From: Microcoleus sp.
GTDB taxonomy: Bacteria; Cyanobacteriota; Cyanobacteriia; Cyanobacteriales; Microcoleaceae
NCBI GenBank assembly: GCA_052279835.1
Contig: CP181291.1
Location: 4,288,001-4,352,000, forward strand
Direction of reading: 5' to 3'
Length of the DNA: 64,000 bases
The position numbers and the translations under genes were made by a program. The notes under the pieces were generated by a model. It had not been told where the DNA came from. It saw only the letters and a list, made by a program, of their open reading frames with translations, and did not search any database. This document shows positions 54,496-64,000 of the stretch, one piece after another. The first letter of the stretch is position 1; every line of letters begins with the position of its first letter.

Positions 54496-57400
54496 ATGGC
54501 AATGGATAAGGGTATTGTTTTTCACAATCGCGTTGTGGATAAGGGCCGTCTTAAGAGGTTGATTTCTTGGTTTTTTACGCATCATGGTACGGCGCGGACG
54601 GCGCAGATGGCGGATAAGTTGAAGGATTTGGGTTTTCGGTTTGCGACTCGTGCGGGGGTTTCTATTAGTGTGGACGATTTGCAGGTGCCGCCTTCTAAGC
54701 GATCGCTCCTGGATGCTGCGGAGGAGGAGATTCGGATTACGGAGCAGCGGTATACTCGCGGGGAGATTACTGAGGTGGAGCGGTTCCAGAAGGTGATTGA
54801 TACTTGGAACAGTACCTCGGAGGATTTGAAGGATGAGGTGGTGAAGAATTTTCGGGCGACGGACCCGCTGAATTCGGTTTATATGATGGCTTTTTCTGGG
54901 GCGCGGGGGAATATTTCTCAGGTGCGGCAGTTGGTGGGGATGCGGGGGTTGATGGCGGACCCCCAGGGGGAGATTATTGATTTGCCGATTAAGACTAATT
55001 TCCGGGAGGGGCTGACGGTTACGGAGTATATTATTTCTTCTTATGGGGCTCGGAAGGGGTTGGTGGATACGGCTCTGCGGACGGCGGATTCTGGGTATTT
55101 GACTAGAAGGTTGGTGGATGTGTCTCAGGATGTGATTGTGCGGGAGGTGGACTGTGGCACGCAGCGGGGGATTCGGGTGCGTCCGATGATGGATGGGGCT
55201 ACGGTGTTGATTCCGCTGAGGGAGAGGCTGCTGGGCCGGGTGTTTGCGGCGGATGTGATTCATCCGACTACTGGGAAGGTTGTGGCTTTTGAGAATGAGC
55301 TGGCGGTGCGGAATCAGCCGATTACTGAGGAGTTGGCTTTGGAGATTGGTAAGTCTGGGGTGACGGAGGTGTTTTTGCGATCGCCTTTGACTTGCGAGGC
55401 TACTCGTTCGGTTTGTCAGCATTGTTATGGCTGGAGTTTGGCGCACTCGAAGATGGTGGATATGGGGGAGGCGATCGGGATTATTGCGGCTCAGTCTATT
55501 GGGGAACCGGGGACTCAGCTTACTATGCGGACTTTCCACACTGGGGGGGTCTTCACTGGGGAGGTTGCTAAGCAGGAACGGGCTCCTTTCCCTGGTGTGG
55601 TGAAGTTCAAGAATCTGCGGACTCGTGCTTTCCGTACTCGCCATGGGGAGGAAGCTCTGGTGGCGGAAAATAGTGGCAAGTTGATTTTGGAGGGGGAGGG
55701 TTTTGAGGAAGGAAAGTCTGGGGCGAAGAATCAGAGGCTGAAGATTGAGCTGGCGATCGCCCAGGGTTCGACGGTGATGGTGAAGGATGGACAGCGGGCT
55801 AAGGTTGGTCAGATTTTGGCGGAAGTCCCGATCGCGGGGCGGGCGGCGAAGAAGACTACGGAGAAGGTGACTACGGATGTGGCTTCGGATTTGGCTGGGG
55901 AGGCGAAGTTTGCGGATCTGATACCGGAAGAGAAGACAGACCGCCAGGGGAATACGACTCGGACTGCTAGTAAGGGGGGGTTGGTTTGGATTCTTTCTGG
56001 GGAGGTATATAATTTGCCTCCGGGGGCTGAGCCGGCGGTGAAGAATGGCGATCGGATTCTAGCCCACAGCGTGATTGCGGAGACTAAGTTGATTTCGGAA
56101 CATGGCGGGGTGGTGCGGATTGCTGATTCTAGGGAGATTGAGATTATTACGGCTCAGGTGTTGTTGGATCAGGCGGTGGTTCGGGCCCAGAGCATTGGGG
56201 GTCGGGAGCATTACATTATTGAGACGGCTTCTAATCAGCGTTTTTCTCTGAAGACTACTCCTGGCAGTAAGGTGATTAATGGGGAAGTGGTGGCGGAGTT
56301 GCTGGATGACAGCTATCGCACGGCGACTGGGGGTATTGTGAAATACGCCGGGGTGGAAGTGCACAAGCGTGGGAAGGCGAAGCTGGGCTATGAGGTGGTG
56401 AAGGGTGGTACTCTGCTGTGGATACCGGAGGAGTGCCATGAGGTGAATAAGGATATTTCTCTGCTGTTGGTGGAGGATGGGCAGTATGTGGAAGCTGGGA
56501 CTGAGGTGGTGAAGGATATTTTCTGCCAAACCAGTGGGGCTGTGGAGGTGACTCAGAAGAATGATATTTTGCGAGAAATTGTGATTAAGCCTGGGGAGTT
56601 GCACGCTGTCGATCGCCCTTTGTTGGCTCTGGGTGAGGGGCAAATTGTGAATGCGGGTCAGGAGGTTGTGCCTGGTTTGGTTGCTGGGGAGTTGGCCTAT
56701 GCGGAATATATCGAGACGCCGGAGGGTCCTGCGTTGTTGTTGCGGCCTGTGGTGGAGTTTCCGGTGCCCGATCGCCCTCCGGTGCCTTCTCAGACGGCGC
56801 TGAATGAATCTATTGCTCTGCGGGCGGTTCAACGGTTGCCCTATAAGGATGGGGAGCGGGTGAAGTCTGTGGATGGGTTGGAGTTGTTGCGGACTCAGTT
56901 GATTTTGGAGATTGGGACTGATGCTCCGCAGTTGGCGGCGGATATTGAGCTGTTGCCGGATGAGGTGGATGCTGTGGCTTTTGGGGCCGATGGTTCTGGT
57001 CCTGGGTGGCGGTTGGATGGGGCGGAGTCTGATGGGGCTCTGGCGATGCTGGAGGAGGATGGGGAAGGGCGATCGAAGCCGATGCGTCTCCAGTTGGTGA
57101 TTTTGGAGTCTTTGGCTTTGCGCCGGGATGTTTCGGCGGACCCAACCCAGGGGAGCACTCACACCAGGTTGTTGGTGGAGGATGGTCAAGAGATTGCGCC
57201 CGGTGCTGTGGTGGCCCGGACTGAGATTTTGTGTAAGGAGGCGGGGACTGTCCGGGGGATTCGGGAAAAGATTGGGGAGCCGGTGCGCCGACTTTTGGTG
57301 ATGCGGGATGTGGATGCGGTGACTGTTGATGTGGCTGGGGTTCCCCAGGTGAGTGCTGGGGAGTTGTTGGTGGCTGGGACTGAGGTGGCTCCTGGGATTT

Positions 57401-58626
57401 TTCTGCAAGAGTCTGGTCAGGTGATGAGGGTGATTCCGGCGGCGACGGAGGGGGGGTCTGCTCAGATTTTGTTGCGGATAGCGCGTCCCTATCGGGTTTC
57501 GGCTGGTGCGGTGCTCCATGTGGATGATGGGGATTTGGTGCAGCGGGGCGATAATCTGGTGATTTTGGTGTTTGAGCGGGCGAAGACGGGGGATATTATC
57601 CAGGGTTTGCCGCGGATTGAGGAGTTGCTGGAGGCTCGGAAGCCGAAGGAGGCTTGTATTTTGGCGAAGCGTCCTGGGGTGGCTCAGGTGGAGGCTGATG
57701 GGGATGTTGTGGAGTTGCGGGTGGTGGAGGATGATGGCCGCATTGAGGAGTATCCTTTGCTTCCTGGTCAGAATCCGATTGTTTCTGATGGGCAGCGGGT
57801 GGGTGCTGCGGAGGCGCTGACTGATGGGCCGGCGAATCCTCATGAGATTCTGGAGGTTTATTTCCAGGTGCTGAAGGAGCGGAAGCCGACTTTTGAGGCG
57901 GCTCTGGAGAGTTTCCAGCAGGTGCAGACTTTGTTGGTGAATGAGGTGCAGGCGGTTTATCAGTCTCAGGGGGTTGATATTTCTGATAAGCACATTGAGG
58001 TTATTGTCCGACAGATGACCAATAAGGTGCGGATGGAGGATGGGGGCGATACTACCATGCTTCCTGGGGAGCTGGTGGAGTTGCGGCAGGTGGAACAGGT
58101 GAATGAGGCGATGTCGATTACTGGTGGTGCGCCGGCGGATTATGTTCCTGTGTTGTTGGGTATCACTAAGGCTTCTTTGAATACTGATAGCTTTATTTCT
58201 GCTGCTTCTTTTCAGGAGACGACGCGGGTGTTGACGGAGGCTGCGATCGAGGGTAAGTCTGATTGGTTGCGGGGGCTGAAGGAGAACGTGATTATTGGGC
58301 GTTTGATTCCGGCTGGTACGGGGTTCAATGCGTATGAGGATCAGCTAAGTGCGGATATTTCGCTGGATGGTGGGGTGTTTGATGATGAGGATGTTCGGGG
58401 CTTGCCGGAGGGCGGGGTGCTGGACGATCGCTCGGCTCGTCGTGCTTATGCGATCGAGTCTGGGTTTGGTGTGGGTTCTGGTTCGGATGTTGAGGCGGAT
58501 GATGACTTTGAGGAGGAGGTTGAGATTGGGGATGATGATTTTGTGGCGGATGGGGATGATGATGCGATCGGGGCGATCGAGGATGATGACTTTGAGCTTG
58601 GGGATGACTACGACGATGAGGACTAA
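54496..58626 (+). CDS. rpoC2: RNA polymerase beta' subunit (cyanobacterial RpoC2)
   Basis: [55 protein letters not shown]; acidic tail. Confidence 0.99.
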   Translation: MAMDKGIVFHNRVVDKGRLKRLISWFFTHHGTARTAQMADKLKDLGFRFATRAGVSISVDDLQVPPSKRSLLDAAEEEIRITEQRYTRGEITEVERFQKVIDTWNSTSEDLKDEVVKNFRATDPLNSVYMMAFSGARGNISQVRQLVGMRGLMADPQGEIIDLPIKTNFREGLTVTEYIISSYGARKGLVDTALRTADSGYLTRRLVDVSQDVIVREVDCGTQRGIRVRPMMDGATVLIPLRERLLGRVFAADVIHPTTGKVVAFENELAVRNQPITEELALEIGKSGVTEVFLRSPLTCEATRSVCQHCYGWSLAHSKMVDMGEAIGIIAAQSIGEPGTQLTMRTFHTGGVFTGEVAKQERAPFPGVVKFKNLRTRAFRTRHGEEALVAENSGKLILEGEGFEEGKSGAKNQRLKIELAIAQGSTVMVKDGQRAKVGQILAEVPIAGRAAKKTTEKVTTDVASDLAGEAKFADLIPEEKTDRQGNTTRTASKGGLVWILSGEVYNLPPGAEPAVKNGDRILAHSVIAETKLISEHGGVVRIADSREIEIITAQVLLDQAVVRAQSIGGREHYIIETASNQRFSLKTTPGSKVINGEVVAELLDDSYRTATGGIVKYAGVEVHKRGKAKLGYEVVKGGTLLWIPEECHEVNKDISLLLVEDGQYVEAGTEVVKDIFCQTSGAVEVTQKNDILREIVIKPGELHAVDRPLLALGEGQIVNAGQEVVPGLVAGELAYAEYIETPEGPALLLRPVVEFPVPDRPPVPSQTALNESIALRAVQRLPYKDGERVKSVDGLELLRTQLILEIGTDAPQLAADIELLPDEVDAVAFGADGSGPGWRLDGAESDGALAMLEEDGEGRSKPMRLQLVILESLALRRDVSADPTQGSTHTRLLVEDGQEIAPGAVVARTEILCKEAGTVRGIREKIGEPVRRLLVMRDVDAVTVDVAGVPQVSAGELLVAGTEVAPGIFLQESGQVMRVIPAATEGGSAQILLRIARPYRVSAGAVLHVDDGDLVQRGDNLVILVFERAKTGDIIQGLPRIEELLEARKPKEACILAKRPGVAQVEADGDVVELRVVEDDGRIEEYPLLPGQNPIVSDGQRVGAAEALTDGPANPHEILEVYFQVLKERKPTFEAALESFQQVQTLLVNEVQAVYQSQGVDISDKHIEVIVRQMTNKVRMEDGGDTTMLPGELVELRQVEQVNEAMSITGGAPADYVPVLLGITKASLNTDSFISAASFQETTRVLTEAAIEGKSDWLRGLKENVIIGRLIPAGTGFNAYEDQLSADISLDGGVFDDEDVRGLPEGGVLDDRSARRAYAIESGFGVGSGSDVEADDDFEEEVEIGDDDFVADGDDDAIGAIEDDDFELGDDYDDED

Positions 58627-58678
58627 TGTGGTTGCCTAGTTATTTTCTTTTTCAAAAGCGACATACGTGTCGTTTTTG
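58450..58678 (+). repeat. Direct repeat copy 1: rpoC2 3' end plus terminator (229 bp)
   Basis: Matches 60116-60311 apart from a 33-bp indel, a few substitutions and the hairpin loop. Confidence 0.95.
58653..58678 (+). terminator. rpoC2 terminator hairpin
   Basis: caaaagcgaca-tacg-tgtcgtttttg. Confidence 0.7.
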
Positions 58679-59877
<1,199 letters not shown>

Positions 59878-59911
59878 GAGAAAGTAAGTCTGCAACTTGC
59901 AGACTTTTCTC
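59878..59911 (+). terminator. Hairpin directly after the last CRISPR repeat
   Basis: gagaaa-gt-aagtctgcaa-c-ttgcagactt-ttctc. Confidence 0.55.
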
Positions 59912-60115
59912 TACCATCTCCCTACTCATTATTCAAAGCTCAGTAGTAGTTAAAACTCTTGTGTTGATTGAGGCGATCGGGATAATGAAAAATATTCCCG
60001 TCGCTTGACTACAATTAAAATATTTCCGGTTTTAAAGAACCCTTACACAGCAAGAAATAGAGCCATTCTGTCACAGCTTCAAATGTGTAGCAACAGAACA
60101 ATGACCCTAGTGAAG

Positions 60116-60311
60116 GCGATCGAGTCTGGGTTTGGTGTGGGTTCTGGTTCGGATGTTGGGGCGGATGATGATTTTGTGGCGGATGGGGATGATGATGCGA
60201 TCGGGGCGATCGAGGATGATGACTTCGAGCTTGGGGATGACTACGACGATGAGGACTAATGTGGTTGCCTAGTTATTTTCTTTTTCAAAAGCGACACGTA
60301 TGTCGCTTTTG
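60116..60311 (+). repeat. Direct repeat copy 2: orphan rpoC2 3' end plus terminator (196 bp)
   Basis: Encodes [47 protein letters not shown], nearly identical to the RpoC2 C-terminus. Confidence 0.95.
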
Positions 60312-60343
60312 AGTTTGTCCAGTGATGCGGTGGACAAGATACA

Positions 60344-60790
60344 ATGTCCAGTGGACAAACCTCGCCAACTTCAAAAATGACTGAACTCCATGCCGTGTCG
60401 GGCTTGCAGCATCGTTACGAACTCGCAAGCAGACAAGCTGTTTACGATCGCCTCGCTGCTCTCAAAATTAAACCAATCAGTCGCGGCAAATTGTCCACTG
60501 AGCAACTGGACAAGATGGACGCGCTGGACAAGTGGCTGAAAGCCAATCCTGGTGGTTCGATCGCAGACTTTCCTCGATCGGGTGAGGTCGTTGGCGATGA
60601 GTCGTCAGTTGTTAGCCATCCGATCGCGGGCAGCAGTTTGTCTGGTGGCGCGGTGGACAAATTCGACAATTTCTCTGAAACTCTTGCGTTGATTGAGGCA
60701 ATTGCTGAACACATCAGTAAAACTCGCGATCCGCTTCAACATTACGCGGCTCTCGAAAGGGCGATCGCTAATTTCTCCATCCCAAAGTGA
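60344..60790 (+). CDS. Hypothetical protein, possibly DNA-binding (HTH-like N-terminus) and possibly truncated
   Basis: LQHRYELASRQAVYDRLAALKI is HTH-like; ORF ends 7 codons after a HIP1 site. Confidence 0.55.
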   Translation: MSSGQTSPTSKMTELHAVSGLQHRYELASRQAVYDRLAALKIKPISRGKLSTEQLDKMDALDKWLKANPGGSIADFPRSGEVVGDESSVVSHPIAGSSLSGGAVDKFDNFSETLALIEAIAEHISKTRDPLQHYAALERAIANFSIPK

Positions 60791-61228
60791 GGCCATTTCA
60801 ACTTGAGTTTTATCCCCACGAGTCTTTGCAAACTGTACCGTTTTGGTATGGGTCGTGCGATCGGGTAAACAGCACAATATATCAGGAACTTCTTCCACTT
60901 TACACTATAACCGCCTTGGCGCTTGCTATACGATCGCCAAAAATAAAAGCGATCGCGCTATCTGATAAGATTTTTAGCGATCGCCTAACAATCAATATAT
61001 ATGCTGACTGCTATACAAATACTAGACTTGTCTAGACATTTGCTTCTTGCTTCATCGGGAGCATGGGAGCAGCTATCCCTGGGCAAGCTTTCACGGTTTA
61101 GCCAACCGCGATAAATTAATGGCTCACCCTCTCTGGTAAATAAAGGGGTTTTTTTTAACCCGGACTTGCTGTTGCCCTTTTCCTTTGCTTGTTGCCCTCT
61201 TTGCTTGAGGTATTTTTGTTGGTTGTGG

Positions 61229-61627
61229 CTACTCCTGGGGCAGGAGTGCTTTGATTTTGTCAACAAATAGCTGATGGTCTACTACTGGCTTGGATATATA
61301 GCCATCTGCACCACTCTGATCCAGAAAAGTCTCTCTATCTCCTGCCATGGCATGAGCCGTCACTAGGATAATTGGCAGGGAAGCAGTTTGTGGGTCTGCC
61401 TTTAGCAGTTGGGTGATTTTGATGCCATCAACAGCTTTTCCTTGGTACACGCTACGTGAAAGGGACACATCCATCAAAATCAAGTCTGCTTCGCCTTTGG
61501 AAGCAATTTGCATCACCTCCTCGACATTTTCTGTGTGTTTTACAGCCAAGCCCCCCCGCTTGGTTAAAATTTTAGAGAAGACTCTAGCATTGACTAAATC
61601 GTCCTCTACAATCAGAACGGTTTTCAT
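61229..61627 (-). CDS. Single-domain response regulator (DivK/CheY-like)
   Basis: VLIVEDD, LILMDVSL, VTAHAM, YISKP. Confidence 0.9.
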   Translation of the reverse strand: MKTVLIVEDDLVNARVFSKILTKRGGLAVKHTENVEEVMQIASKGEADLILMDVSLSRSVYQGKAVDGIKITQLLKADPQTASLPIILVTAHAMAGDRETFLDQSGADGYISKPVVDHQLFVDKIKALLPQE

Positions 61628-62884
61628 AAAAGTATTCGGTAAGTGAAAAGCTCAGTATCCTGAGACGGGAGCAGAAAATACCCTTTGGGGCCCCTCAGCC
61701 TCCTCGAAAGTTCGATCGGGCAACGCTACTTTTGGGGCATCATTACGCGAACGGGTATCGCGCCAGTGGTTTTGAAAAAAAAAGCCACTGTGAATCTTTT
61801 TTTTGTCGGTTAGACAATTTCCCATAATTGTTGTGAAGTAGACATCCAGCCCGTTGTTTGCAGGCTTTTGAGGAAACATCCACCTTCACAGAATCTGTTG
61901 GGCAAGGGCGTGCTTTTTTTGCCCCACTTGCGATGGGTAAATTTCACACACTCCTGAGCTCATCGCAGATTCTTTCTCCCACTCCACAGCCCGCCGGCGA
62001 TCGCACTACGGTTTGCTAGCTCGTTAGAGGCTCCTCGTTGGCTAATGCTGGACGGGACTTGGTTACTTGAGTTTTGCGATCGGAAAGCAATGTTGTTTAA
62101 ATAGTTTCAAAACTTTTCAATTGCAAGGGACAGAGGGGGGAAGTAGCGTCACTTTCCCTTTTTGTCTAGGCTCAAGTAGTTCCTCTTTTTAGCAAGGGGT
62201 CTGGTCGGTTTTGCTTGTGGGAGTTTTTGTCTATCAAGTTCAGTCTTTTTAGGGCTTGGTTGCAGGTCAGTAATTATGGGAAGTTGAGCATCTTCGTGGT
62301 TTTAGTCCAAAGAGGAACAAGGCACGGGGGTTTTTTCCCCGTCAAATCGTGCAGCGTTTTTAGTGCCATAGGCCGGGAACTCTGCAAAACCCGTATTTGA
62401 TAAGTGTTGGTTTGCTACTTGCTCTTAGAATCAAGTAATGTTTAGTCCTGCTGGTATCACTGATGTTGGTATACTAACCAATCAGTTTTACACCAGCATG
62501 GTTGCATTAGTTGTTGACTTGTGTTTTAGGTTTGGCAGATAGGCTGAATAAATGCAGGGGTACTAAAAAATTTTAGCCGAGGCAGTCTGTGCAAAAGCGA
62601 ACTCAAAGAAATTGTTTTCACATATCGTGTAAATAAAAAGGTAGGCGCCATTGAAGGCAACATAGAGGTTAGGGTAAGAGTGGAGGGTAAAAAGCAAGTG
62701 TTGCCAGTCTTCGGCAGTCTTATTCTTTTTTCATAAGTTAAGTTGATTTTTATCCCCCTGATTGGTAGCTTTGTCTAACTTTCAGTTCCAAGAGCGACAA
62801 ACAGTTTTCACGCTTAGATAGGCAACCATTACGAGCCCCTTGACTCTTGCCCTAGCACTCAGGAATTAACGGACATAAGGACTC

Positions 62885-64000
62885 ATGGCTAAACAACTCA
62901 ACCTACTTTCCGGGCAAGTAATTTCTACGGCTTTGCACGCCGAGATGCAGCAATCGTACCTTGAATATGCCATGAGTGTGATCGTCGGGCGAGCTTTGCC
63001 TGATGTCCGCGACGGTTTAAAACCCGTTCACCGCCGAATTTTGTACGCGATGCACGAACTCGGTCTGACGCCAGACCGCCCCTACCGCAAGTGTGCCAGA
63101 GTAGTGGGAGATGTTTTGGGAAAATATCACCCCCACGGCGACCAATCGGTTTACGACGCTTTGGTGCGTATGGTTCAAGAGTTTTCGAGTCGCTATCCTT
63201 TACTGGCGGGTCACGGCAATTTTGGTTCGGTGGACAACGATCCGGCTGCTGCCATGCGCTACACCGAAACCAGACTGGCTTCGATCGCTCATGAAGCCAT
63301 GCTAACTCAGGTCGGTGATGCCACTGTTGATTTTACTGCTAATTTTGACAGTTCGCAGCAGGAACCTACGGTTTTGCCTGCCCAGTTGCCTTTTTTACTT
63401 CTCAATGGCTGTACTGGCATTGCTGTGGGGATGGCAACTAATATTCCCCCACACAATCTGGGCGAGGTGGTGGACGGTTTAATTGCATTGACTGAAAACC
63501 CGGAACTCTCAGATCAAAAGTTGCTGGAACTAATTCCTGGACCGGATTTCCCGACTGGTGGGGAAATTATTGCCACAGAGGGCATTATTGATGCCTACAC
63601 TAAGGGGCGAGGCAGTATTGCGGTCAGGGGTGTGGTTCGGGTGGAGGAAGTGCCTGGTAATCGCAAAATACGCACTAAAACGGCGCTGGTGGTGACGGAG
63701 TTTCCTTTTCAGGTGAATAAGGCGGCTTGGATTGAAAAGGTGGCGGATTTGGTAAATGCTGGCCGACTTGATGGGATTGCTGATTTGCGGGACGAAAGCG
63801 ATCGCGAGGGTATTCGAGTTGTGGTCGAACTTAAGCGCGAATCTAACCCAGAAGCAGTTCTAGCTCGTCTTTACCAACAAACTGACTTGCAAACTAATTT
63901 TGGGGCGATTTTGCTGGCAATTGTCAACGGTCAACCCCGACAGTTAACTCTCAGACAATTGTTGCAAGAATTTTTGCATTTTCGGGAACTGACTCTCACC
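62885..64000 (+). CDS. gyrA: DNA gyrase/topoisomerase IV subunit A, partial (runs off the window end)
   Basis: Manual translation MAKQLNLL...[28 protein letters not shown]...YHPHGD...AAMRYTE; may be the ParC-like paralog. Confidence 0.9.
   Translation, partial: MAKQLNLLSGQVISTALHAEMQQSYLEYAMSVIVGRALPDVRDGLKPVHRRILYAMHELGLTPDRPYRKCARVVGDVLGKYHPHGDQSVYDALVRMVQEFSSRYPLLAGHGNFGSVDNDPAAAMRYTETRLASIAHEAMLTQVGDATVDFTANFDSSQQEPTVLPAQLPFLLLNGCTGIAVGMATNIPPHNLGEVVDGLIALTENPELSDQKLLELIPGPDFPTGGEIIATEGIIDAYTKGRGSIAVRGVVRVEEVPGNRKIRTKTALVVTEFPFQVNKAAWIEKVADLVNAGRLDGIADLRDESDREGIRVVVELKRESNPEAVLARLYQQTDLQTNFGAILLAIVNGQPRQLTLRQLLQEFLHFRELTLT

Noticed and set aside
52606..57993. Long antisense ORFs (448, 387 and 644 aa) opposite rpoC1/rpoC2
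   Set aside because: H/P/L/Q-rich shadow frames explained by the G/T skew of the sense strand; no domain signal.
60005..60259. 84-aa ORF ending in the RpoC2 tail
   Set aside because: TTG-started chance read-in to the duplicated rpoC2 end; no evidence of an independent gene.
60985..61266. 93-aa ORF overlapping the response regulator 3' end
   Set aside because: TTG start inside the upstream gene and no recognisable motif; cannot be supported.

Overview
Chromosomal segment of a filamentous cyanobacterium (Oscillatoriales/Microcoleus-like, inferred from abundant HIP1 GCGATCGC, heptamer STRR tracts, split rpoC1/rpoC2 and ccmP). It is mostly housekeeping and signalling genes: avtA, miaE, malic enzyme, argS, FHA-PBP1A, an mrp Na+/H+ antiporter cluster, hisD, rpsT-tatD-rpoB-rpoC1-rpoC2 and a partial gyrA paralog. 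The most striking structure follows rpoC2: an orphan CRISPR array (11 repeats, 10 spacers, type III-B-like repeat, no cas genes in the window) lies between two direct copies of the rpoC2 3' end plus terminator. Directly after it is a small gene carrying three TTGTCCA-N9-TGGACAA palindromes. Other observations: a Cys-less AhpD-like gene coupled to a GAF adenylate cyclase; a palindromic repeat inserted in frame in avtA; a ~100-bp MITE family with 3-bp TWA target duplications, often nested in other repeats; a second MITE pair flanking a frameshifted gene; several gene junctions at HIP1 sites; and abrupt A/C-rich to G/T-rich switches inside genes. Family assignments come from motif recognition by eye, not database searches.
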